In this document: piece by piece, positions 1 to 12,600 of the stretch | Numbering within the stretch: the first letter of the stretch is position 1 | Layout of the letters: each line of letters begins with the position of its first letter | Source of the DNA: Malacoraja senta | Lineage: Eukaryota | Reading direction: 5' to 3' | Length of the DNA: 64,000 nucleotides | NCBI GenBank assembly: GCA_038087875.1 | Contig: CM075991.1 | Coordinates: 248,001-312,000, forward strand | Made by a program: the position numbers and the translations under genes | Notes under the pieces: generated by a model | What the model was told of the DNA's origin: nothing | The model's input: the letters and a program-made list of their open reading frames with translations, nothing else | Database searches by the model: none

Positions 1-630
1 AGGTTGGAGGTCAGTGACTAGAGGGGTACCTCGGGGATGTGTGTTGGGTCCACTGTTGTTTGTCATGTGAATCAATAATCTGGATGTTGGTGTGGTAAAA
101 TAGATTAATAAGTATGTAGATGGTACTAAGATAGGTGGTGTTGTGAATAATGAAGTAGATTTTAAAAGTGTACAGAGAGATTTAGATCATTTGGAAGAGT
201 GGGTTGAAACATGACAGATGGGTTTAATGTTGATAAGTGTGAGATGATACATCTTAGCAAGACAAATCAAAATTGAACGTACATGGTAAATGATTGTGAA
301 TTGAGGAATGAAGTTGAACAGGCGGATCTAGGAATAACTGTGCATAGTTCCCTGAAGGTGGAATCTCATGAAGATAGGGTGGTAAAGAAAGATTTTGGTG
401 TGTTGGCCTTTATAAATCAGAGCATTGTGTATAGAAGTTGGATTGTAATGTTAAATTGTACAAGGTATTGGTGAGGTCAATTGTGGAGTATGGTGTATAA
501 TTTTGGTAGGCATAATTATAGGAAAAAGGTCAACAAAATAGAGAGAGTACAGAGGAGATCAATTAGAATGTTGACTGGGTTTCAGCAACTAAGACACAGA
601 GAAAGGTTGAACAAGTTAAGTCTTTATTAT
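1..630 (+). mobile_element. Degenerate CR1 LINE fragment (RT C-terminal region; family with (ATATGGTT)n tail elsewhere in window)
   Basis: Translates with stops to DLGITVHSSLKVESH..VVKK.FG.LAFINQSI.YRSW and KVNKIERVQRR, same as copies at 25121-25726 and 45183-45656. Confidence 0.9.
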
Positions 631-1925
631 TTAGGAAAGATAGAAGGAGTCCCAACAATGCAAGGGAACGATGTGTTCCTGAGGAACTATTTACTGGCAG
701 TGTCCCAATCTCTTGCAGAACTAAAAATTAAAGGATTGCTGGCCCAGAGCCCGCCACTGGACTTTCAGATTCACTCAGTCAAGGCTGGAGGCTGGGTATT
801 AATAAAAACATGGAAAGAAGAAAAGCTGCAACCTAAGTGGACTGGACCCTACCTGGTGTTACTGACCACGGAAACAGCAGTGCGGACAAAAGAAAAAGGG
901 TGGACACACGCAAGTCGAGTTAAGGGTCCTGTGGAGGCCCCACCAGACAATATCAGCCCGTGGACTGTGCGCAAAGGAGAGGAAACATTGACTTTAATAT
1001 TTACCAAGAACCCGCGGGAAAAATGAAGATTTTGTGTTGGTGGGTCGTGTGTTGGGTGGTTACCCAACTCGTGAGTAATATAACATGCATAAAAATCACA
1101 ATACCACAGAATAGAAGGTCCACCACCATCCCATTTGATGTATGTAAAGGAAAATGGTGGTGCAGCTATAGAATGTATGTATGCACCCATCCCTGTAAAG
1201 ATTGGCACGCAGTGTATACTTCATCAAAATATGGGTGGCATCGAACCACCTTATAGGTGGAAAGTATATCAAACCCCGAATGAGGGATAGGGAGGCGAAG
1301 AATCTGCTGCTAGAACTAGAAAAGGAGGATATAGTATAAATCAAAGGATGCGTAGCAAAAAAGAAAAGGATGGATTGTGAGAAAAGAGTTAACAGACATG
1401 GTTGATTTAGACTAGGGATAGAAAATGGCTTGGGGTGTCAGCAGAAGCCAGACTGCTGGTAGAATAGAAAATAACGATATATAGAACAGAGAGACATTCT
1501 AGATAAAAAGTAGCAAATTCAGCAGAAGATTTGAAAAGTAAGTAAAAGGGAGAAAGTACATAAGGTCAAACATATCTGCGCATGCCTAATGAACTTACAT
1601 GAATATGTACACACACCCACTATGAGAAGATGTCTCATTTAAATGCACATGCGATGTATGATCTGGGAGGTACCCTGGGTGTTGCGGGGCGTTACGGGGC
1701 GTTCCGGTTAGATTGTGCACCTCAGTGCTCTGATTGGAAGGAGCCCGAAGGGGAGGAATTAAAGGTGTAAACCATTGTAAAATGGTGTGAATAAAAGAGG
1801 GTGACTTTCCTGGTCTCGGTGTGTCTCAACAGGGGAGGCACCTGACTGCAGACTCTAATAAATAAACTTGTTTCTCTAAATTCTCTAGTATCGTGATTGT
1901 GTCAAACAGTTTTTTGCACCTCACA
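631..1925 (+). mobile_element. ERV 3' remnant: integrase C-terminus, truncated env-like ORF, PPT, 3' LTR
   Basis: LQPKWTGPYLVLLTTETAVRTKEKGWTHASRVK is a gamma/epsilon-type integrase GPY/F tail ending at 1026. Purine tract AAAAGGGAGAAA at 1544-1555. LTR-like 1556-1925 with AATAAA near 1857-1866, ending in CA. Confidence 0.8.
1023..1256 (+). pseudogene. Truncated env-like ORF (77 aa, hydrophobic N-terminus, Cys-rich)
   Basis: ATG overlaps the pol stop (ATGA); MKILCWWVVCWVVTQLVS looks like a signal peptide; sits where env is expected; no TM region follows. Confidence 0.5.
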
Positions 1926-1939
1926 AAATAGAACAAGTT

Positions 1940-2283
1940 ATCCTCCCCCCCCTCTCTACCCCCTCCCTATCTATCTCCCTCCCTCTCTACTCCTTCCCTA
2001 TCTACCCCCCTCCCTATCTACCCCGCTACCTCTCTACCCCATCCCTCGCTACCCCCTACCCCTTCCTCTATGCCCTCTGCCTCTCTACCCCCTCCCACTC
2101 CCCCTCAATCCCCTCCCTCTCTACCCCACCTTCTCTGCTGCCTCCCCCTCTCTGCACCCCCTCCCTATCTGTCATACCTCCATCTATGCCCTCCCCCTCC
2201 CTCGCTGTCCCTCTACCCTCCCTCTCTAGGGAGTGGTAAGTATTGGGACCTATGGGTGAGTGGTGGAGTATTGCGTTCGGGGA
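1940..2283 (+). repeat. CCCT/CT low-complexity tract plus Helitron-family subterminal fragment
   Basis: ctatgggtgagtggtggagtattgcgtt (about 2250-2277) resembles the subterminal sequence of the Helitrons at 36480-36510 (reverse strand) and 62770-62800; truncated by the CR1 at 2284. Confidence 0.5.
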
Positions 2284-4995
2284 CATAGAAACATAGAAAC
2301 ATTGAAAATAGGTGCAGGAGTAGGCCATTCGGCCCTTCGAGCCTGCACCGCCATTTGATATGATCATGGCTGATCATCCAACTCAGTATCCCATCCCTGC
2401 CTTCTCTCCACACCCCCTGATCCCTTTAGCCACGAGGGCCACATCTAACTCCCTCTTAAATATAGCCAATGAACTGGCCTCAACTATCTTCTGTGGCAGA
2501 GAACTCCACAGATTCACCACTCTCTGTGTAAAAAATGATTTCCTCATCTCGGTCCTAAAAGTCTTCCCTCTTATCCTTAAACTGTGACCTCTAGTTCTGG
2601 ACTTCCCCAACATCTGCAATAATCATCCTGCATCTAGCCTGTCCAACCCCTTAAGAATTTTGTACGTTTCTATAAGATCCCCCCTCAGTCTTCTGAATTC
2701 CAACGTGTACAAGCCGAGTCTATCCAGTCTTTCCTCATATGAAAGTCCTGCCATCTCAGGAATCAGTCTGGTGAACCTTCTCTGTACTCCCTCTATGGCA
2801 AGAATGTCTTTCCTCAGATTAGGAGACCAAAACTGTATGCAATACTCCAGGTGTGGTCTCACCAAGACCCTGTACAACTGCAGTAGAACCTCCCTGCTCT
2901 TATACTCAAATCCTTTTGCTATGAATGCTAACATACCATTTGCTTTCTTCACTGCCTGCTGCACCTGCATTACTACTTTCAATGACTGGTGTACCATGAC
3001 ACCCAGGTCTCGTTGCATCTCCCCTTTTCCTAATCGGCCACCATTCAGATAATAGTCTACTTTCCTGTTTTTGCCACCAAAGTGGATAACCTCACATTTA
3101 TCCACATTATACTGCATCTGCCATGCCTTTGCCCACTCACCCAACCTATCCAAGTCACCTTGCAGCCTCCTAGCATCCTCCTCACAGCTTTGTGTCATCC
3201 GCAAACTTGGAGATGTTGCATTCAATTCCCACATCCAGATCATTAATATATATTGTAAATAGCTGGGGTCCCAGCATTGAGCCTTGCAGTACCCCACTAG
3301 TCACTGCCTGCCATGCTGAAAAGGACCCGTTTACTCCTACTCTTTGCTTCCTGTCTGCCAGCCAGTTCTCTATCCACATCAATACTGAACCCCCAATACC
3401 ATGTGCTTTAAGTTTGTATGCTAATCTCTTATGTGGGACCTTGTCGAAAGCCTTCTGAAAGTCCAGATATAACACATCCACTGGTTCTCCCTTATCCACT
3501 CTACTAGTTACATCCTCAAAAAATTCTATAAGATTCGTCAGACATGATTTACCTATCATAAATCCATGCTGACTTTGTCCAATGAATTCACCACTTTCCA
3601 AATGTGCTGCTATCCCATCTTTAATAACTGACTCCAGAATTTTCCCCACCACCGATGTTAGACTAATTGGTCTGTAATTACCCGTTTTCTCTCTTCCGCC
3701 CTTTTTAAAAAGTCGGGTTGCATTAGCTACCTTCCAGTCCTCAGGAACTACTCCAGAATCTAAAGAATTTTGAAAAATTATCACTAATGCATCCACTATT
3801 TCTGCAGCTACTTCCTTCACTACTCTGGGATGCAACTTATCCGGCCCTGGGGATTTATCGACCTTTAATCCATTCAATTTACCTAACACCACTTCCCGGC
3901 TAACCTGGATTTCACTCAGTTCCTCCATCTCATTTAACCCCCGGTCCCTTGCTATTTCCAGCAGATTATTTATGTCTTCCTTAGTGAAGACAGAACCAAA
4001 GTAATTATTCAATTGGTCTGCCATGTCCTTGTTCCCTATGATCAATTCGCCTGTTTCTGACTGCAAGGGACCTACATTTGTTTTAACTAATCTTTTCCTC
4101 TTATCATATCTATAAAAACATTTGCAGTCAGTTTTTATGTTCCCTGCCAGTTTTCTTTCATAATCTATTTTCCTTTTCCTAATTAAGCCTTTTGTCCTCC
4201 TCTGCTGGACTGAATTTCTCCCAGTCCTCTGGTAGGCTGCTTGTTCTGGCTAATTTGTAGGCTTCCTCTTTTGTTTTGATACTATCCCTGATTTCCCTTG
4301 TTATCCACGGATGCACTACCTTCCCTGATTTATTCTTTTGCCAAACTGGGATGAACACTTGTTGTAGTTCATCCATGCAGTTTTTAAATGCCTTCCATTG
4401 CATATCCACCGTCAACCCTTTAAGAATCATTGGCCAGTCTATCTTGGCCAATTCACGTCTCATACCCTCAAAGTCACCTTTCTTTAAGTTCAGGACCTTT
4501 GTTTCTGAATTAACAATGTCACTCTCCATCCTAATGAAGAACTCAACCATATTATGATCACTCTTGCCCAAGGGGCCACGCACAACAAGACTGCTAACTA
4601 ACCCTTCCTCATTACTCAATACCCAGTCTAGAATAGCCTGCTCTCTCGTTGGTTCCTCTACATGTTGGTTTAGATAACTATCCCGCATACATTCCAAGAA
4701 ATCCTCTTCCTCAGCACCCCTGCCAATTTGATTCACCCAATCTATATGTAGATTGAAGTCACCCATTATAATGGTTTTACCTTTGTTGCACGCGTTTCTA
4801 ATTTCCTGTTTGATGCCATCCCCAACTCCACTACTACTGTTAGGTGGCCGGTACACCACTCCCACTAGCGTTTTCTGCTCCTTAGTGTTTCGCAGCTCTA
4901 CCCATATCGATTCCACATCCTCCAAGCTAATGTCCTTCCTTTCTATTGCGTTAATCTCCTCTCTAACCAACAATTTGCCCATCCCTCCCCCCACT
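2284..4995 (-). mobile_element. CR1 LINE ORF2 (APE endonuclease + RT), frameshifted
   Basis: (TTTCTATG)n 3' tail at 2284-2310; ORFs 4179-4994 (GDFN, SDHN), 3182-4066 ([13 protein letters not shown]) and 2623-3297. Confidence 0.95.
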
Positions 4996-5009
4996 ATTTA
5001 GTTTAAACC

Positions 5010-5330
5010 CACACGTGCCCACCCACTAGCAAACCTGCCTCCCAGAACGTCGGTCCCCCTCCAGTTAAGGTGTAACCCGTCCCTTTTGTACAGATCACCC
5101 TACCCCAGAAGAATTCTGCTTTTCAGTCTTCTTTAACTCTCTAAACGCGCGTTGCAGAACCTACTTCCTCTTTTCCCGAAGTCGTTTGTGCCTACGTACA
5201 CAACTACTGCCGGCTGCTTACCTTCCTTCTCGAGGATGTTCTGAATTCGGTTCGTGATATCGTGATACCAGGGAGGCAACAGATGACCTTCGAGTCTCGC
5301 CTGCCGCCACAGAATCTCCAATCCGTAATG
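5010..5330 (-). mobile_element. CR1 ORF1 esterase (SGNH-like) remnant
   Basis: ITNRIQNILEKEGKQPAVVVYVGTND matches the CR1 ORF1 esterase motif VVVHVGTND. Confidence 0.7.
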
Positions 5331-5489
5331 ATAATGTTATTGCTTATTCAGGCATAATAATGACCACACTAATAATGTCACGGCTTATGCACATTTATTA
5401 TATATATATATATATATATTTGCGCTAGCCCTAGGTTATCGCACTTTCACATTCGCCTCTTACATCTTACGGACGATGTACGGGGGCAA

Positions 5490-5655
5490 TCAATCTACAA
5501 ATCCGCATGTCTTTGCAAAATTCAGCACCGAGAAAACCCACGCAGTCACAAGGAGAACGTACAGACTCCATACAGACATCACCTAAGGTAAGCGCCGAAC
5601 CCAGGTATCTGATCCTGTGAGGCAGCATTCCAATCAACTACAGCACTACACTGTC
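5490..5655 (-). mobile_element. HE1/V-SINE-like SINE, degenerate
   Basis: gagaaaacccacgcagtcacaaggagaacgtacagactccatacagac...gaacccagg...gtgaggcagc is the reverse complement of the V-SINE core and tRNA-like head. Confidence 0.65.
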
Positions 5656-6217
5656 AATGTGGATGGTTATAGCAGAAATCTGCAACAATCTTTAATACAT
5701 AAGGACATAGTTAGAAACTTAGATTGCACCCTTGGTGGGCATCGTTCCTGCGAATTACCACGGAGAATTTATTGCCAGCTAACCTCAATGAGTGCCGTTA
5801 CGGTCAGGAAGTCATGAATCCACTGGCAGAGAGGTAAGTCCCTCTTGATGTCCAAGGGTTTGGGGCTGTCCTATATACTCCACCCAATTCACCTGATATC
5901 CTATGACCTTTATCTGAATAATTCGGTCTGCGGATCTGATCTTATTCCTCCTTTCAGGGCGATCTACCCAAGTACTCCATGAGCTGGTGATCTACTCCAA
6001 TTCTTCGTATAATAATAAGCAACTATAATTTTCATACTTTAATGATCTGCCCAAACTCCCCACATCCTGTTGATTTACCCTAACATCCAATAAGCACCTG
6101 ATCTACCCTAACTCATATCCTCAAGGACCACCTTCATTCCTCATACCTATGGGACCTACCCTGACTCGTCCATCCATTAGATAATCCAAATTCAAGAACG
6201 TTTTATACAAATTCCCT

Positions 6218-6942
6218 TATAACCATATAACCATTACAGCACGGAAACAGGCCATCTCGGCCCTTCAAGTCCGTGCCGAACATTTTTTTTTAATTTTTAA
6301 TTTTATTTTTTAATAAATACTTCCCCCTAGTCCCATCTACCTGCACTCAGACCATAACCCTCCATTCCTTTCCCGTCCATATACCCATCCAATCTATTTT
6401 TAAAGGATAAAATCGAACCAGCCTCCACCACTTCTACTGGAAGCTCATTCCACACAGCTACCACTCTCTGAGTAAAGAAGCTCCCCCTAATGTTACCCCT
6501 AAACTTCTGTCCCTTAATTCTCAAGTCATGTCCCCTTGTTTGAATCTTCCCTACTCTCAATGGAAAAAGCTTATCCACGTCAACTCTGTCTAACCCGCTC
6601 ATAATTTTAAAGACCTCTATCAAGTCCCCTCTTAACCTTCTGCGCTCCAAAGAATAAAGACCTAACTAGTTCAACCTTTCTCTGTAACTTAGTTGCTGAA
6701 ACCCAGGCAACATTCTAGTAGATCTCCTCTGTACTCTCTCTATTTTGTTGACATCCTTCCTATAATTAGGCGACCAAAATTGTACTCCATACTCCAGAAT
6801 TGGCCTCACCAATGCCTTGTACAATTTTAACATTACATCCCAACTTCTATATTCAATGCTCTGATTTATAAAGGCCAGCACCCCAAAAGCTTTCTTTACC
6901 ACCCTATCTACATGAGATTCCACCTTCAGGGAACTATGCACC
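6218..6942 (-). mobile_element. CR1 LINE 3' fragment (family B)
   Basis: Tail AACCATAT repeats at 6218-6235; ORFs 6327-6650 and 6666-6941 are the RT C-terminus. Confidence 0.92.
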
Positions 6943-7069
6943 TTGTGTCCTGTTCCATCCTAAATCCCATGTAGTTGTGCGCACTGATGCGCTGGATGAG
7001 CGAGCATATGTTGGCGCCTACTTTCTTCAGCGTGTGCAATGAATTGGCACATCCACAACGTTTTTTTTC

Positions 7070-7255
7070 TCCAATATTCTAAAGATGCTAATGGGATGCA
7101 TCTTGGCATGGTGTGGCAAATTAGTGTGGTGAATACAGCCCAGTACATCACAGACTCATAATTTCATTCCACCCAGAATTTCTAAATAGTGCATTGTATC
7201 AGGAAGGCGAGAGACATTTCAAAGACAGCTATCACCCTGGCCATTCCTTTACCGC
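7070..7255 (+). mobile_element. Rex1/Babar-like LINE 3' remnant
   Basis: Residual coding GCILAWCG..VVNTAQYIT..CIRKARDI..YHPGHSF resembles the Rex1 C-terminus. Confidence 0.5.
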
Positions 7256-7699
7256 TATTCTGCTTTAAACAAGAATCTGAAAGCTCAGACGTGATAACAA
7301 CATTGGGCATTGTATGCTACTCCTACAGGATGTGGCAAGTGAGGAAAATGTCTATGTTGCAGGGGTTGAACCGATGGATCATGATTCCAGACGGACCGTG
7401 TGAGGGGAGAGTGAGCCTCATAGATAAGATTCATACCGAGGTAGCCAAATTTAACGATCCGGCAAAAAGTTTCAACAGCTGGAGATAGAGTGGAGTACAG
7501 ATCTGCAGCTTTCAAATCAAACAATCCCGAGCAGTAAAATAAATATACCCTCAAACTTCGCAATGCTATCAAGGATTCCTAAAACCCCTGTCTCACGGTG
7601 CGAGGCGACCCACGAGCGACCCCGAGTTTAAAACTCGTGGTAATCACGTCCAATTATGAAAAGGCTTGCATGCTATAAAAGTCTACAAAACGAAAGGGA

Positions 7700-9696
7700 A
7701 GAAAGATTCTAAGGGGAGTAAGAGGCAACCGTGGCTGACAAGGGAAAATAGGAATGGTACAAAACTAAAATAAAAGGTGCATAACATAGCAAAGAGTAGC
7801 GGGAAGCCAGAGGTGTGGGTAACTTTCAAAGGACATCAGAAGGTAACAAAAAGGGTGATACGGGGCGATAAAGTACGAAGTTAAGTTCGCCGCGAATATA
7901 ACGAAGGATAGTGAAACCTTATTTTGGTAAGTTAACAACAGAAGACAGAAACAGGTGAAATTGTAATGGGGAACAGGGAAATGGCAGAAGAGTTGAACTG
8001 GTTCTGTCTTCACAGAGGAAGACACAAACAATCTCTCAGGTGTACTAGACGACAGAGGACCAATGGAGACAGAGGAACTGAAAGAAATTTGCATTTGGCG
8101 AGAAATTGTATTGGGAAGACTGATGGGACTGAAGGCTGATAAATCCCCAGGGCCTGATGCTCTGCATCCCAGAGTACTCAAGGAGGTGGCTCTAGAAATC
8201 GTGGACACAATGGTGATCATTTTCCAATTTTCGATAGATTCAGGAACAGTTCCCGTGGATTGGTGGGTAGCTAATGTTATGCCACTTTCCAAGAAAGGAG
8301 CGAGAGAGAAACGGGGAATTATAGAGCAGTTAGCCTGACATCGGTGCTGGGGAAGATGCTGGAGTCAATCAATAAAGAAGTAATAATGGCACATTTGGAT
8401 AGCAGTAAAAGCATTGGTCCAGGTCAGCATGGATTTATGAAGGGGAAATCATGCTTGACTACTCTTCTGCAATTTTTTGAGGATGTGACAAGTAAAATGG
8501 ACGAAGGAGAGCCAGTGGATAGAGTGTGTCTGTACTTTCAGAAAGCATTGGATAAGGTCCCACACAGATTAGTGGGAATTTTTTTAGCACATGTTATTGG
8601 GGGTAGGGTATTGACAAGGATAGAGAATTGGTTGGCAGACAGAAAAACAAGTAGGAATAAACGGGTCCCTGCCAGCATAGCAGGCAGTGGTGAGTGGAGT
8701 GCCTCAAGGCTCGGTGCTGGGGTCGCAACTATTTACAAGATATATTAATGATTTAGATGATGGAATTAAATGTAACACTAGCAAATTTGCAGATGACACA
8801 AAGCTGGGTTTCAGTGTGAACTGCGAAGAGGATACTAGAAGGTTGCAGGTTGACATGGATAGGTTGAGTGAGTGGGCAGATGCATGGCAGGTGCAGTATA
8901 ATGTTATCCACTTTTGCGGCGGGAACATGGAGGATGATTATTATCTCATGGTGTCAAATTAGGAAAAAGGGAAGTGCAACGAGACCTGTGTGTCCTTGTG
9001 CACCAGTCACTGAAAGTAAAAATGCGTGTACCGCAGGCAGTGAATAAAGCTTATGGCATGTTGGCCTTCGTTACGAGAGGATTTGAGTATAGGAGTAAAG
9101 AGGTCCTTCTGCAGTTGTACAGAGCCCTGGTGAGACCACACCTTGAGTACTGTGTGCAGTTTTCGTCTCCTAATTTGAGGAAGGACAACCTTGCTATTGA
9201 GGGAGTGCAACGTAGGTTCACGAGGTTAATCCCCAGGATAGTGGCACTGTCATGTGAGGAAAGATTGGAAAGACTGGGCTTGAATTCACTGGAATTTAGA
9301 AGGATGAGAGGGTACCTTATGGAAATATATAAAATTATAAAAGGACTGGACAAGCTAGATGCAGGAAAAAAGTTCCCAATGTTGGGCGAGTCCTGAAACA
9401 GGGGCCGCAGTCTCAGAATAAAGGGGAGGCCATTTAAAACTGAGAAGGGAAAAAACGTTTTCACCCAGAGTGTTGTGAATTGGCGGAATTATCTGCCACA
9501 GAAGGCAGTGGAGGCCAATTCACTGGATAAATTTAAAATAGTTAGATAGAGCTCTTTGGGGCTAGCGGCATCAAGGGGTATGGTGAAAAGGCAGGCACGA
9601 GTTACTGATTGTGGATGACCAGCCATGATCACAATGAATGGTGGTGCTGGCTCGAAGGGCCGAATGGCCTCCTCCTGCACCTATTTTCTATGTTTC
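7700..9696 (+). mobile_element. Degenerate CR1 LINE whose 3' tail is interrupted by the Gypsy element
   Basis: ORFs 8063-9396 are CR1 RT; tail ctattttctatgtttc ends at 9696 and resumes gtttctatg at 14352. Confidence 0.92.
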
Positions 9697-12600
9697 TGTA
9701 GATTGGTTATTGCATGTGAACCAATCATAGTAGAAATAGCATCACTAACCCCACCTTACTGAATACTTTATATTAACACCCACTTCCTACACTAGGCAGC
9801 CTTGGAAAAGGTGATGACATAGAAAATAGGTGCAGGAGGAGGCCATTCGGCCCTTCAGGAGGAGGCCATTCGGCCCTGACGAACTAGCAACTAACAACCT
9901 GCTGTACCGCTATATTATGTGTATCAATTAAAGATGACTTTAAACTCCAGACTGTGTAATATGCTTATTTACATGCTGTCGGAAAGCTTGGAGTAACCCA
10001 CTGCGTGCGTATAATCGGGTTTTATTTCTGTTTATCAGTTTCACTTGTATCACCATGGCTCACTTGTGCAGAAAGCCTGCACAGCTTATCTTCGATTCTG
10101 ACATCGGGGAACGATGGAGGCTCTTTGAAATCGACTTCGAACACTATATCAACATCCTCCTCCGAAATGAACCAGATGCTGTCAAGGCTTCCCTCCTACT
10201 TAACCTGGCGGGACACGAAGCCGTGATGAGAGCGCGGACCTTTGAATACGCGCCAGCCATTCACGATGCCAACGATCAGGTAGTTGTACCTGCTGAGACT
10301 ATGCGTGACCCCACTGTTTTACTGCGTAAGTTCCGTGAACTATGCGACCTACCCTCAAACCGTATTTTAGAAAAAGCAACATTTTTCGCGAGACACCAGC
10401 TTCCCGATGAGCCTGTAGAAAGATTTATTTGTGACTTGAAATATATGGCTCAGCGATGCCACTTTGAGGTCATGTCAAACGAATTAATCAGGGACAAGCT
10501 TGTCAGTGGTATGACCGATCAAAAGCTAAGGACTGAGTTACTACGGAATGCTGATTTAACCCTTGAACAAGAAGTACATGCCTGTCGAATGTCTGAGATT
10601 GTTGCCCCACTATGTGACCAGTTTGACACTCAGAGGAAGACCATGAACCTGACGGGTTTCAACAGACGACAAACACCGACCGATAACAGAAGATTCATGA
10701 ATGAACCACCGCAACCGGCTAACCGGGGATTCGCCAATGAGCCCCCTCAGAGGTGCCCGAATTGTAACTATTTTCACAACAAGAGACGATCATTTTGTCT
10801 GGCGAACGGAAAGCCTTGCAATTACTGCAAGAAGATGAATCACTTCGCCGTTGTCTGCAGGTCCGTGGGAACAGACCCTCCAGCTCAGCGTCTAATCTGC
10901 ACCTGTTGCAACAAAACCAAACAACTCCAGATTCACAGGACCAGCTCTACTCTGCCCAAGAGGATGATCCAATTAGCACATATGAGGAGTCAACTGTGCA
11001 CTCACTCCTTCACACAGCTGGTAAGATCAATGACAATTAATAACAAGCTTGTGAAGGCTAAACTTAACACCTTCGTTACACCGCGTGAAAGTAATGTCTG
11101 TGAACTTCTACAACAAGATAAGAAATAATGAGGCCTTGACTAGAGACAGCTCCACCTTACATGCTTATGGGGGGGAGGTTTTGTATCCTTGGGAAGAACT
11201 ACCTTCAAATGCATGCTGAAAAACACCACAAGAAATCTAACTTTCTATATCTTAAAATCTGACTCTGTGACTCTACTGGGCATCCATGCTTGCCAAGACT
11301 TAGGGCTAGTCTCTTTTGACCGGTCCATTCACAAGTTACTAATATCTGATGACCCGATAAAAGGATACCCCGATCTATTTGATCGCAAGCTAGGCAAGCT
11401 GCCTGTGACCCATAAGATCGCCATTGACCCTAACGTCGACCCAGCCGTCCCCGTCCCCACCATGTGCCACACACTATTTTAAAACAGAATTGAGACTGAA
11501 CTAAAAAACATGGTCTCCATGGTCGTACTAGCCGAAATCAGCGAGCCCACTGACTGGGTCTCCACCATGGTTGTCACCTTTAAGAAAGATAAAAATGAAC
11601 TGAGCGTGTGCATTAATCCAAAAGATTTGAACGCTGCCATCAAGCGCCCGCATTTTCCGATGAGAACTGTCGAGGATGTCGCTGCACAGATCGGGCGCGC
11701 AACAGTATTTTCCGTCCTTGATGCAAAAAGATCGTTTTGGCAGATACCACTCATCAAACCTGACCACGTTTGCCACACCGTTTGGCAGATTTAAATTTCT
11801 CAGGATGCCATTCGGCATAAACTCGGCCAGCGAAGTCTTTCAAAGAAACATGGAACAGCTGTTCCAAAGACTCCCGTGTGCCATCATCGTGGATGACATC
11901 CTGGTATATGGCAAAGACACAGCGGAGCATGACAACAACCTAAAGCGTATTATGGACCGGGCACGTGAGATCAACCTGTAATTCAACCCTAACAAGTGCA
12001 AGTTCAGGGTTCCAGAGGTCACATATGTTGGACACGTTTTCACTTCTGATGGCCTTAAGTCCGACCCAAAGAAAACTACTGCCATCACAGAAATGCCAGC
12101 CCCTACCGACGTGTTAAGCCTACAACGTTTTCTGGGTATGGTGAACTATCTGGGAAAGTTCATACCGAACTTCAGCGAACTAAGTTCGCCTCTGAGACAG
12201 CTCACTCGGAAGGACACTGCCTGGACCTGGTTCCAGCAACATCAACAAGCATTTGACTTTAAAGCCCAAGCTGGCCAGCGCTCCCACCTTGATGTTCTGC
12301 GACCTGAAGCGTCCTGTCACGGTAACCTGCGATGCCTCACTATATGGGCCAGGCGCAGCCTGCCTTCAAACATCTGCCGATGGGACTGTACTACCTGTAT
12401 CTTGTGCCTCCCGCACCATGATGGACATCGAACAGTGCTATGCGCAGATCGAGAAAGAGCTGCTAGCCGTGGTCTTCGCTTGTTCAAAATTCAAGGACTT
12501 CACCTTTGGGAACACCTTCACAGTCGAAATAGACCACCAACCACTTGTAACCATCCTTAATAAACCTATACACGCAGCACCTGCACAACTGCAGCGTATG

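Noticed and set aside
481..1026. 181-aa ORF as a novel gene
   Set aside because: Accidental in-frame join of a decayed CR1 RT tail and an ERV integrase tail at about 631
2660..3458. Long antisense ORFs over CR1 copies (also 34062-34454 and 9051-9464)
   Set aside because: Shadow ORFs recurring on the opposite strand of CR1 ORF2
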